This document shows positions 21,116 to 30,093 of a stretch of DNA of 64,000 nucleotides, one piece after another (positions within the stretch are counted from its first letter, which is position 1; each line of letters starts with the position of its first letter). The translations under genes were made by a program, and so were the position numbers. This DNA comes from Bdellovibrionota bacterium (GTDB lineage: Bacteria > Bdellovibrionota_C > UBA2361 > CALJRW01). The notes beneath the pieces are model-generated. The model saw only the letters and a program-made list of their open reading frames with translations, made no database searches and was not told the DNA's origin. The stretch spans positions 64,001 to 128,000 of the forward strand of contig JBGSMD010000038.1 of assembly GCA_041740355.1 (NCBI GenBank), written 5' to 3'.

Positions 21116-21172
21116 TAAACTTAAGATCATTTCCCCTTCTGATTAGACAGGTTGTTAGATACTTATTTAAGT

Positions 21173-21574
21173 TTACTTCGCGTCAAACCAAAGCTCAATG
21201 CCATAATCGAAACATAGCTCCTCCCCAACTCCAATATCTTGCATTGCCACAAATGAAATTGTCTGGCTCTGTTCGTTAGTTACTAATTTGACATTTGGAT
21301 TATCAGAATGGTTATAAAGCTCAGCATAGCCAAAGGCGATGGCGCCTGCGGCTTCGGGTCGATCACTCCAATAGAAATCATAATCAGCAAGTGGAGGGAC
21401 ATACTCAATTAAATGGTCGCGTTCTTTAACTGAAAGCACTCTTGCTGGAGCAACCTCAACTACTTCATCCTTCATGATATAGTCACGAGCAAAGACTCCT
21501 AAACCCTTGCCTGCGGACTGTTTTACGCAAATTTTTACCGGGGGTACTATTTCAAACATTCTTGGATCATTCAT
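21173..21574 (-). CDS. SET-domain protein (putative lysine methyltransferase)
   Basis: KGLGVFA, YNHSDNPN and GEELCFDYG motifs. Confidence 0.9.
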   Translation of the reverse strand: MNDPRMFEIVPPVKICVKQSAGKGLGVFARDYIMKDEVVEVAPARVLSVKERDHLIEYVPPLADYDFYWSDRPEAAGAIAFGYAELYNHSDNPNVKLVTNEQSQTISFVAMQDIGVGEELCFDYGIELWFDAK

Positions 21575-21777
21575 CTAAATTTTGCTTATATACCTTTCTA
21601 AATCTTTTTCAAGAGATATTTTACAGATAAGATCAGTTTTATATTGGAAGGAAGCAATGCGGACCTGTAAAAGTTAGTACTAGAAACCTTTTCTCATATG
21701 AGCCAACGACGATACTTAAAAATTCAGACCCAATTTACTTGTTCTAAATAAACTTTAAGTAATAAATTCATTAAATA

Positions 21778-23739
21778 TTAGCTCTTATTTATGACAACTA
21801 GAGTATCTTTCCTTTTGGGAAAAACTGCCAATTTACATAGATATGCTGTGAGCAATAGTCCCAAGAAAAACATTATCGCACTAATTCTTTGAACTAAAGT
21901 TACTCTAAAAGAAATTTTATAATTACCCACATTGGGTGGAATTTGAAACAAGTGGTGCGAGTTCACTGATCGCTTTATATAAATATTATTACGCTCTATT
22001 AAGCGATCCTTAAATGCCAGCTGCCAATTTGGAAAATAGTTTAAAGCAAGCTTATGATAAGTTTGTGAAATTGATCTGATGACATTTATCTCCAAAGAAT
22101 CCACTTGAAAATTAGTCAGCTGTCCCATAAATGGCGGCTGATCAGAAATAATAATTGAGCTTCGCCAGTTAGGGTTCTCATACAAACGCACTTCTCCGAT
22201 TTTTTTAACTAAGTGCAATTCTTTTTGTTCGGAATCGACATTTGTAATCAAATAACGAATATTATAGCGCTGATTAATGTGACTGTTACTAGTTGAGACA
22301 AAATTTCTATAATTTAATGCCACGCGATGCGTATTAAAAATAATTGGCATGCTTAATTGTTGACGAAGCAAAATTGGGATCCGAGGAGTTGTAGCTATAT
22401 CTTTAAGATCAATAAATACCCGAAAAAACCCATCCTTAGCATAACTGTTATTAATTTCGGGAACGAGTGCTTGAAGTTCTTCCACGAAATTGGCATTAGA
22501 TTTATACATTAATTTAGAATGCCGTTTAAATGGACTCTCTGTCCAGAGATGAATAAAAAATGGACTGCATAAAAAAAGTCCGAAACAAATCTTGAGAAGC
22601 AATTGTACTTGCCCAAAAAGTTTCATTTCTGGCTTAAATATGATGATAATCTTAGTAATTTGAAGCAAACCAAAAGCAATTAGAACGTAACGGATTGGGC
22701 CCAGAACAGTTTGAAAACGTTGCAATTCTAATAATTTAAGCTTGTATGCAAAGGATTCTTGTAAAATAAATTTCCAAGTTGCTTCATTCATTAGAAAAAT
22801 CAATGAAAAAAATAAGATTGAAATAGCTAAGATCCTTGATTGCTTTGAGAGAAAGCTCAAAGCCGCAACTAATAGTCCAATAATTCCAAGCGAACTAAAG
22901 ATTGAACCACTGAAGGTAGAGATTGATAACAACTCATTAATTAACTTCGGAAAAGATTTATTACCTGCAGTGACATAAGCAGTATAATCTTGGTAAGCAA
23001 AACTAACTAATGAATATGGTGCGGAAATTAAGATAAAAAGTAAAAAGAGTAACAGCACTTTTTTAAATGTAAAAAAGATCTCTTCCTTACTTTTAACTAA
23101 TAAATCACTTACAAATAAGGCTAGCAAAATTAGCGGAGTGGTAATTATTGCCATGGAATGCGCTAAGCCGCTTAATCCAAAAAAAATTCCAGCAACCCAA
23201 ATGCCAGAAAGGCTATTTTTCGACTCCGCCTTGAAGTATGAAGCTAATCCATTTACCATCAAACCAACTGACAAAAGACAGGGCCAAACACCCGTTCGGA
23301 ACAACATATTCCAACCACCGCTAGGATGACCACCAAACTCAGATAAATATAGTAGCGCCGCGATAAACCCAACCGTGGAACTCCCAACCTGAGTTCCCAA
23401 ACGGTAGATCCCAAAAACCAATAAAGAATAAGTCAGCAAAAGATAGAACCCATACCACTGCTCCATACTAATCAAACCAAATGAAACAAGATGACTTAAG
23501 CTGATTAAGACATCAGCTAAAAATGGATAAGTAAACCCGATCGGCATACCTAAATCTAAATTATTATCCCAGCCCCAGACTGTAAAATTTGGAAGTAGCT
23601 CTGTTCGATAAAACCAAGCTCGATAAAAATGAACCAAATGATCATAAGTATAAGGTAGGTCAAAGGCAAAGTTTTTTTGCAAACAGAGAATCAGCAAGAT
23701 AACGCTGATGATAATTAAATAAAGTTTTGACTTGCTCAT
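21778..23739 (-). CDS. YfhO/PTPS-related GT-C-like membrane protein
   Basis: YDH..H, GW..N..LG.P..FTYP and C-terminal YFPNW motifs; many TM segments. Confidence 0.65.
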   Translation of the reverse strand: MSKSKLYLIIISVILLILCLQKNFAFDLPYTYDHLVHFYRAWFYRTELLPNFTVWGWDNNLDLGMPIGFTYPFLADVLISLSHLVSFGLISMEQWYGFYLLLTYSLLVFGIYRLGTQVGSSTVGFIAALLYLSEFGGHPSGGWNMLFRTGVWPCLLSVGLMVNGLASYFKAESKNSLSGIWVAGIFFGLSGLAHSMAIITTPLILLALFVSDLLVKSKEEIFFTFKKVLLLFLLFILISAPYSLVSFAYQDYTAYVTAGNKSFPKLINELLSISTFSGSIFSSLGIIGLLVAALSFLSKQSRILAISILFFSLIFLMNEATWKFILQESFAYKLKLLELQRFQTVLGPIRYVLIAFGLLQITKIIIIFKPEMKLFGQVQLLLKICFGLFLCSPFFIHLWTESPFKRHSKLMYKSNANFVEELQALVPEINNSYAKDGFFRVFIDLKDIATTPRIPILLRQQLSMPIIFNTHRVALNYRNFVSTSNSHINQRYNIRYLITNVDSEQKELHLVKKIGEVRLYENPNWRSSIIISDQPPFMGQLTNFQVDSLEINVIRSISQTYHKLALNYFPNWQLAFKDRLIERNNIYIKRSVNSHHLFQIPPNVGNYKISFRVTLVQRISAIMFFLGLLLTAYLCKLAVFPKRKDTLVVINKS

Positions 23740-25682
23740 TGTTTCGCGTTGTTAAGAACCTGATAGATATTAGAACCTAGGGAGCGAAAGCCTTCTGGAC
23801 TAGGTGCCTCTCGCCAATATTGATCCTTGGGCTCATAAAAAATGTAGTCTGGACATACAGGCAATTGACAATTCTTGATCATGATTTTTTTTTGTGCATA
23901 CTGCTCAGCTTTATATGACAAGCCATGAGTCCAAAGAGTTCCAGTATATCCTAAGTATAGCTTTCTTCCTGTTAACGTAATAGTGGAATTGTGTAGTGGC
24001 TTGGCGGCAATAATTGCCTTTGGAGGGGTCAGCTGACGAATCTTCTTTGCAAGATCCAACTGATTACTACTGTAGACCTGTGAATGTTTACCATTGACTG
24101 CAATTAGACCAAGACGATAAATTCCCGGTAAAATTAAAATAATCAAAACTAAATTTAAACGACTACGCGAGGGGATTAACAACTGCCAGCAGACTATGAT
24201 TAGTAAATAAACGGGGATAAATATTTTAATTTGATCATAATTCCAATACGCCAACTTAATCACATTACCAAAGATGAAAAAAATCAGGACAAAGGATAAT
24301 AGTTGCGCCGCGGTGGAAACAATTTGCTGGAGTCCAAATAATACTAAGCCCAAAATAAAGACAAATAATATTAAGTGGCTAGTACTCCCTGAAGTGGACT
24401 GAATGAGCCAAGATGCAAGTAATAACAACAAAGCAAATAATCCTGACTGCCAAGCTTTGCTACGAATAACTAATATTAAATAAATCAGAATAATATTTCC
24501 GGCGTTGACCAGCCAAAAGAAAGTCTTATTCAAGACTGCGCTATTTAAAATATTTAGAAATCCGATTGTTCCAAAATAGGATTTTTCAAGTGTTCCTGTT
24601 TTCCAACCACTGATTACTTTAATCACCGAGGTTTTATCTCCAAGATAAAAGATAAAAATCGTAGAACAGGCAATTATCATGAGTCCAACTAATACCGGAA
24701 ATAAGAACTGGTAATTTTTTCGATAGCGTAGTGCCTGCCCCAGCAAAACCATAACTGTAACGCCACTGGCAATAATCCAGGTATGCGTATGAACTAATGG
24801 CAAACAGAATATTATGAGTATTGAAAAAAATAGTAATTGGCCATTAATCGAAGCTCTAGATGGTAACTTCAAAATAGCTGGCAATGCTGCAATTAAACAA
24901 ATTGCTCCTAACAATGCACTTCGCTGTGGCACCCAAATAGTCTCAAGGAATCCGGTCCAGGGTAAATTAGCATCAATCAACTGACTAGCTAAATGATTTA
25001 GCCGCAAGTATACTCCTCCGCCCAATAAGACTACCCATGGCAAGAATTTATATTTATCTCCTCGCAGGAATCCATAGAGCAAACTCGTATTAAAGATCCA
25101 TTGATAAAGAAAAACGTACTTAAGTGTTAACCATTCAGCATCTATCCACCAGAAAGAAGCAGTCCAAAAATTGATCACTAAGGGGTAGCTTAATTTATGA
25201 CCTGCAAAAATGTGATACTCCGGAGGAAAATTTTCTCCCCAGACAAAGGAAGTAATCATTCCAAAATGATAAGCAAGATCGCCATAATTACTTGGCCAAT
25301 ATGTCCGAATCCCATCATCTAAATCAAAGATGGACACTCCGATGATTAGATTTAAGATGCTATAAATAATAAAATTGATCCCAAATTTTTTGGGACACTT
25401 CATATTTTGATAAACATTCTTAGCAATGAATGGAATTGGCAATAACCAAATTATAACCGTGGCAACAATCCAGCTAGCGCCAAAGTTTTTCAACATTAAA
25501 AGAAATAAATTGCTTACCAACAAGCCGAGTAGAATGTAATATCTAGCTGGTAATATCTTTGGTCTCCGAATTGGCGCAAGACTTATCACCCTATACCCTA
25601 CTCCGTAACAGTAGAATGGATAGAGGACAAATAAAATTATGATGATGAGAATATTCACAAGAAATAATATATTAAAACCCAT
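23736..25682 (-). CDS. GT-C-like polytopic membrane protein
   Basis: NYGDLAYH, LSYP, PQRS, HTH and LTGRKLYLGY..LWTHG motifs; ATGA overlap with the next gene. Confidence 0.6.
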   Translation of the reverse strand: MGFNILFLVNILIIIILFVLYPFYCYGVGYRVISLAPIRRPKILPARYYILLGLLVSNLFLLMLKNFGASWIVATVIIWLLPIPFIAKNVYQNMKCPKKFGINFIIYSILNLIIGVSIFDLDDGIRTYWPSNYGDLAYHFGMITSFVWGENFPPEYHIFAGHKLSYPLVINFWTASFWWIDAEWLTLKYVFLYQWIFNTSLLYGFLRGDKYKFLPWVVLLGGGVYLRLNHLASQLIDANLPWTGFLETIWVPQRSALLGAICLIAALPAILKLPSRASINGQLLFFSILIIFCLPLVHTHTWIIASGVTVMVLLGQALRYRKNYQFLFPVLVGLMIIACSTIFIFYLGDKTSVIKVISGWKTGTLEKSYFGTIGFLNILNSAVLNKTFFWLVNAGNIILIYLILVIRSKAWQSGLFALLLLLASWLIQSTSGSTSHLILFVFILGLVLFGLQQIVSTAAQLLSFVLIFFIFGNVIKLAYWNYDQIKIFIPVYLLIIVCWQLLIPSRSRLNLVLIILILPGIYRLGLIAVNGKHSQVYSSNQLDLAKKIRQLTPPKAIIAAKPLHNSTITLTGRKLYLGYTGTLWTHGLSYKAEQYAQKKIMIKNCQLPVCPDYIFYEPKDQYWREAPSPEGFRSLGSNIYQVLNNAKQ

Positions 25683-25886
25683 TCGGTTTTACTGAAAGAC
25701 AAGAAAAAGCTACTAAAAATATTAAGATAAATAGCTATCATCAAGTGAGATTATTAGATTAAGGAAATCGTGCAAGCGCGACAAGCGGAGGTTTTACACC
25801 AATTACCCAAAACAGATTTAGAAAATCGTCGAAGACAAAGGGAACTGCTGGAAGAAATTAAGAATAGGGTCAAAATTTAAGAGTTA

Positions 25887-27890
25887 CTAATCGAAAACAT
25901 TCTTACCATTCATTTTCTTTGGTGTTTCAATACCAAAAGCTTTAAGAATACTTGGCCCCATATCCCAAAGTCCTGGATTTTTTGAGGTACAAGTTTTATT
26001 GGTCAAGATCATCCCAGGCACAACCATTGGATCAGAACAATGATCCGAAGCCCATTTGTCTTTACGGTCAGTGACAATCTCTTTGGGGAATTTACCCAAG
26101 ACAGCTTCGTCAGAAATTCTGTAACCACGATGATAACCGATCACTAGATCGGGAGCAGAACCAGCAAAGTCACCGGAATAGATCTTTTGGGAGTCATAAG
26201 CAGCAGTAATAATTGGCTGGTTATTTAGCGGATCGACAACTGTGGAAAGTTTACTAATAATCCTTTCTTTAATTGCCTGCACTTGCTCCTGTGCAACTGA
26301 GCCATTTTTTTCACGGCCTTTAACGTTGATATAAAGTCCATTAATTCCCAATGCATAGGCTTGAGTCTTTTCCCAATCAACACAAGAATATACCTCAGCC
26401 GACTCCATATCTTTTGGGTCGTAGACAGAAGTAAAGCCTTCATTTACTAACCATGTACTCAAATTGAATTCTCTGGTGAAAGGCGCAAACCCGTGATCGG
26501 AAAGTGCCATCAACATGGTAGAACTATCCACTTTCGATAATGCTTGTTGCAGAACATCATCCATTGCTTGATAGAAATACCGAATAGCATTCTTCGTTTC
26601 CGGACTTCCATTCTCAACATATAAGGGATGAGTTGGATCCATCAAACGAGAGAGCATATGCTGAGTTTGATCTGTTGTTGAAAAATAGAAGTAGAACAAT
26701 CCTTCATGGAAATTTTTAAGCTGATACTCAAATAAACTGAGCGATTCCTGCAAAACAATCTTAGCATGCTCCAAATACTCATCATCAGAGAAAATACCTG
26801 TTGATAGTACCTTACTATCAGTTGGAAAACCTTGAGTATAAAATCGACCGACTGCTGTTGCTAAGTCGCTAGCGTATTCCGCCGGGCCAGAAATTGGAAG
26901 CGCTTGGTCGAGTGGATCAATGTTAATTGGTGATACGTAAAGCTTGAAATTAGGATGAATTTCTTGCGCGTAAAAACGCACCATTCCTGGAGCTGAAGCT
27001 AAATGGGGAATTAATTCAAATTTAAGCGGAACCCAAGAAGACCACTCACCTTGGCGCAAAACTAAATCTTGTCCTTGAACATTAATTCTTAAAACTTTTT
27101 CATGCGCATCGCGGTGAACAATTAGCTCTACGGTCGTAGCACGACCATCAGTTCGAAAACTATTTTGGGGACCAGGCAAGACTGTTTTAAAAACGTTATC
27201 TGAACCGCGTACTCTAATTACTCTTGCTCCGGTAAACTTGTCAGAACCTGGATAAGGCTGATCAGAAAACAAAGTGCATGTCCCATATGATCCTAACAGA
27301 TCTGGTGTTCCCATTCCGCTAATCATCCGGGCGCCTGACTCGACGATTGGAAAATTAGAAGGAATCTGACAGATAGTGGCCGGAATATCCTGTTCTGTTA
27401 AATAATTCCAGAAAGGTATTCCCTTCCGCATTAAATCCACTCTTCCCCCACTTAGCGGAATATTCCAATCTCCAACCTGATAAGTTTTTTCAGCATCGTA
27501 ACTTCGAGTAGTTGACATGTAGGGACTAAAGCTTGCAGGATCACGATGGACGAAATCATAAATACCTGTTCCACCTGGATTTGTACCATTGATAAAACTA
27601 GCCCAGGCAACTGGACTTTGCGGTGGCATTGTTGACTGTAGCTCACCAAAATGTCCACCTTTCTCCATTACTTTTTTAAAGGTTGGTAAATAACCTTCAG
27701 CAATAAATTTACGAATTAAATTCGGATCCATTCCATCAAAGCCAAGTACAATTGCCTTGCGAGCAATCTTATTGTTGCGGATGTGGGGAAACTTAGCGAA
27801 GGCTGAGCCTGGGGTCATCACACTACTCGCCGCTCCAACAGCTAAGCTAGCAGCGGTTCCTTTAATAAATTGACGGCGAGTAATTCCCAT
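25887..27890 (-). CDS. Tat-exported alkaline-phosphatase-superfamily nucleotide pyrophosphatase/phosphodiesterase
   Basis: TRRQFIK twin-arginine signal; GFDGMD, PPQSPVAW, SDHGF and DH motifs. Confidence 0.85.
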   Translation of the reverse strand: MGITRRQFIKGTAASLAVGAASSVMTPGSAFAKFPHIRNNKIARKAIVLGFDGMDPNLIRKFIAEGYLPTFKKVMEKGGHFGELQSTMPPQSPVAWASFINGTNPGGTGIYDFVHRDPASFSPYMSTTRSYDAEKTYQVGDWNIPLSGGRVDLMRKGIPFWNYLTEQDIPATICQIPSNFPIVESGARMISGMGTPDLLGSYGTCTLFSDQPYPGSDKFTGARVIRVRGSDNVFKTVLPGPQNSFRTDGRATTVELIVHRDAHEKVLRINVQGQDLVLRQGEWSSWVPLKFELIPHLASAPGMVRFYAQEIHPNFKLYVSPINIDPLDQALPISGPAEYASDLATAVGRFYTQGFPTDSKVLSTGIFSDDEYLEHAKIVLQESLSLFEYQLKNFHEGLFYFYFSTTDQTQHMLSRLMDPTHPLYVENGSPETKNAIRYFYQAMDDVLQQALSKVDSSTMLMALSDHGFAPFTREFNLSTWLVNEGFTSVYDPKDMESAEVYSCVDWEKTQAYALGINGLYINVKGREKNGSVAQEQVQAIKERIISKLSTVVDPLNNQPIITAAYDSQKIYSGDFAGSAPDLVIGYHRGYRISDEAVLGKFPKEIVTDRKDKWASDHCSDPMVVPGMILTNKTCTSKNPGLWDMGPSILKAFGIETPKKMNGKNVFD

Positions 27891-28747
27891 TATTTAAACT
27901 TCCCTTCGACTTTAAAGATTTCAAAAACTTTTTCATGCATAATTGGACCATGTCCAAAGTAGCCATCTTCCCCAAAGCACTCCCCATGATCAGACATTAC
28001 CTGCACGTAAGTATTTTCAGGAACTTTTTCATAGAGCTTTTCAAATAAGCCATCTAAATATTCAATATTATTTTGCTGTTTGGCTTTTAGTGACAACATT
28101 TTATCCATGTGAAAAAACTTATCTCCACCATGATCTACTGCTTGCGCCGGAGCAGAATTTCCAGCAACAAAGTCATCCATATGTTTAAAAATTCCGTGCA
28201 TCCCATGAATGATTGGCAAATCATTCCCTTCCCCAGGAAGAGTGTAGGGATAATGTGTCTCACCAATATTTAATAAATAAAACTGTGGGACATCTGGTTC
28301 AAAAATCATGGCATCAATAATCGCGTTAAAATCATTGTGTTTATCCATTAATTGAAAGCGATCAAAGTGAGTATTAACAACAGTAGTAGGATTTAAAACC
28401 GGCATCGAAACTAAAGCATTTGTTTTATAGCCTTGGCTTTTAAGAAACGCTGGTAAAGACAAACGTGGCACAAAACCTTTAAATGAAATATCAGGAATAT
28501 TTAAACGGTCGCCCCAGTTTTCAAAATCTTTCTTGTAAACTTCAGATGCAAAAACCCCTTTTGGACTTGTGTGTGGGCCAGCGCCCATTAAGTAGACAAG
28601 ATGAGAAGGAAATGTCCAGCTAGCAAAGGAATAGCATTTTTGTGTTTCACCTAAGCGTGAAATGTTCGGAGTATTAGCCGCCAGAAATGTATCAAATCGA
28701 CAAGAATCGAAAGTGATCATGATAAAGTTATTCTTCACATTAGACAT
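27890..28747 (-). CDS. Sulfatase-like hydrolase/transferase (AlkP superfamily)
   Basis: TFDSCRFD, SWTFPSH, ETHYPY and SDHGECFGEDGYFGHG; no signal peptide. Confidence 0.8.
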   Translation of the reverse strand: MSNVKNNFIMITFDSCRFDTFLAANTPNISRLGETQKCYSFASWTFPSHLVYLMGAGPHTSPKGVFASEVYKKDFENWGDRLNIPDISFKGFVPRLSLPAFLKSQGYKTNALVSMPVLNPTTVVNTHFDRFQLMDKHNDFNAIIDAMIFEPDVPQFYLLNIGETHYPYTLPGEGNDLPIIHGMHGIFKHMDDFVAGNSAPAQAVDHGGDKFFHMDKMLSLKAKQQNNIEYLDGLFEKLYEKVPENTYVQVMSDHGECFGEDGYFGHGPIMHEKVFEIFKVEGKFK

Positions 28748-28815
28748 ATTTTTCCTTTATAAACCGAACGTCAATCTTTGCATCAAAGACGAAAAATTCA
28801 AGGTCAGCAATTACT

Positions 28816-29625
28816 TTAAATAGCAACACCAAGATACTTACTGACTACAATCCCCGAAATCATCGAGAAGATAAGAAAGAAAATTAACCAGTTTGTTTCA
28901 AAAAATCCGAGACTATAAAGCTGCTCTGGATAATTTATGGTTAAACTTTTTACATAAGGTATGCTCGCTGGGCCTGCCGGATATAGTAATTTGTCAGACC
29001 AAGAACTTTGCCAAACGGCTCCTACATTATTCACTCCCGTTCCAATAAATAATGTTTTTGGTAAATTAAAATCTGCAATTTGGAAATTTACCTTTTGGTC
29101 ACCAGCATCCGTTGTTTTAATTTTCCAAAAAATCTGCTTAGTAGATGGAATTCTAACTGGTGGAGTAATATCAAGCCCAACAGGTGCATCTAACTTTACT
29201 TCATAAAGTTTACTAGCATCAGTTAAGGTCATCTGGACAATAGCTTCAGATTTAGAATCCAAAGACTTTGTAGCATACTGTTCATTTAGTTCTGATAATA
29301 ACAGAATACAAGGAACAGCAAGAATTAAAACTGGGAAGATTGCTAGGGTAAAATATCTTGCCCCATAAAAGAGCATCTTCCCTTGAGCTTTTAATGTTAA
29401 CCAAACATCATGTCGAAAAAGGATTGATTCTAAAAGTGATGCATAGATCTTGCCCTTCACATAGCGAATCTTTTTTTGATTAGAAACTTTTCCGTAGATC
29501 CAGAGTAACCCCATTCCTGCGAGTACAGAAATGGCGAATAAGCCAAGCCACACTGGTAATAAAGTAAATGGCCAAACTAAAAAAGCAACAATTTGGTTAA
29601 TGAATGTTAGTAACTTTGCTCCCAT
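28816..29625 (-). CDS. Membrane protein, possibly DUF106/EMC3-like
   Basis: TM1, basic coiled segment (SNQKKIRYVK), TM2, soluble domain and C-terminal W..F TM. Confidence 0.5.
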   Translation of the reverse strand: MGAKLLTFINQIVAFLVWPFTLLPVWLGLFAISVLAGMGLLWIYGKVSNQKKIRYVKGKIYASLLESILFRHDVWLTLKAQGKMLFYGARYFTLAIFPVLILAVPCILLLSELNEQYATKSLDSKSEAIVQMTLTDASKLYEVKLDAPVGLDITPPVRIPSTKQIFWKIKTTDAGDQKVNFQIADFNLPKTLFIGTGVNNVGAVWQSSWSDKLLYPAGPASIPYVKSLTINYPEQLYSLGFFETNWLIFFLIFSMISGIVVSKYLGVAI

Positions 29626-29636
29626 GGAATCTTATG

Positions 29637-29852
29637 CTATTCCAAATAACCTAAACCTTTCAGTTTATTTGTAATGTCATCAATCTGGTCCTGGGATAAA
29701 TCACCCTTGGCAGTTTCAGTAAGAACGTTATCTGCGGCGGCTTCTAAAACTTGCAGAGCAAACTCTTCCATCGAAGAACATTTCTTAACTTGAGCAGCAA
29801 CAGTCAACTTATCAAAGAGAGTGTTGTCGATTTTGATTGATTTCTTAAACAT
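29637..29852 (-). CDS. Small ribbon-helix-helix-like protein with a C-terminal LKGLGY motif
   Basis: SIKID..L strand, S.EEF helix and KLKGLGYLE. Confidence 0.65.
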   Translation of the reverse strand: MFKKSIKIDNTLFDKLTVAAQVKKCSSMEEFALQVLEAAADNVLTETAKGDLSQDQIDDITNKLKGLGYLE

Positions 29853-30093
29853 ATTAATACCAATTTATAGCTATTTTATGTGCAAAGCCTAGCTTTTTTT
29901 GTGCTAATTGGCAATAAGTCAGCATAGGTAAACACAAATCACAATTCTCAATAAATGAACTATATCTGTTTGATTTTACTGGCACTTATATGTACTGAAT
30001 AAAATGGACAGATTGAATCATCAAAGTATTAAAGTATGCAACTTGTACTCGATAAATTGCTAAGTTAAGTACACAAAAATCTAGAGATCTCTT

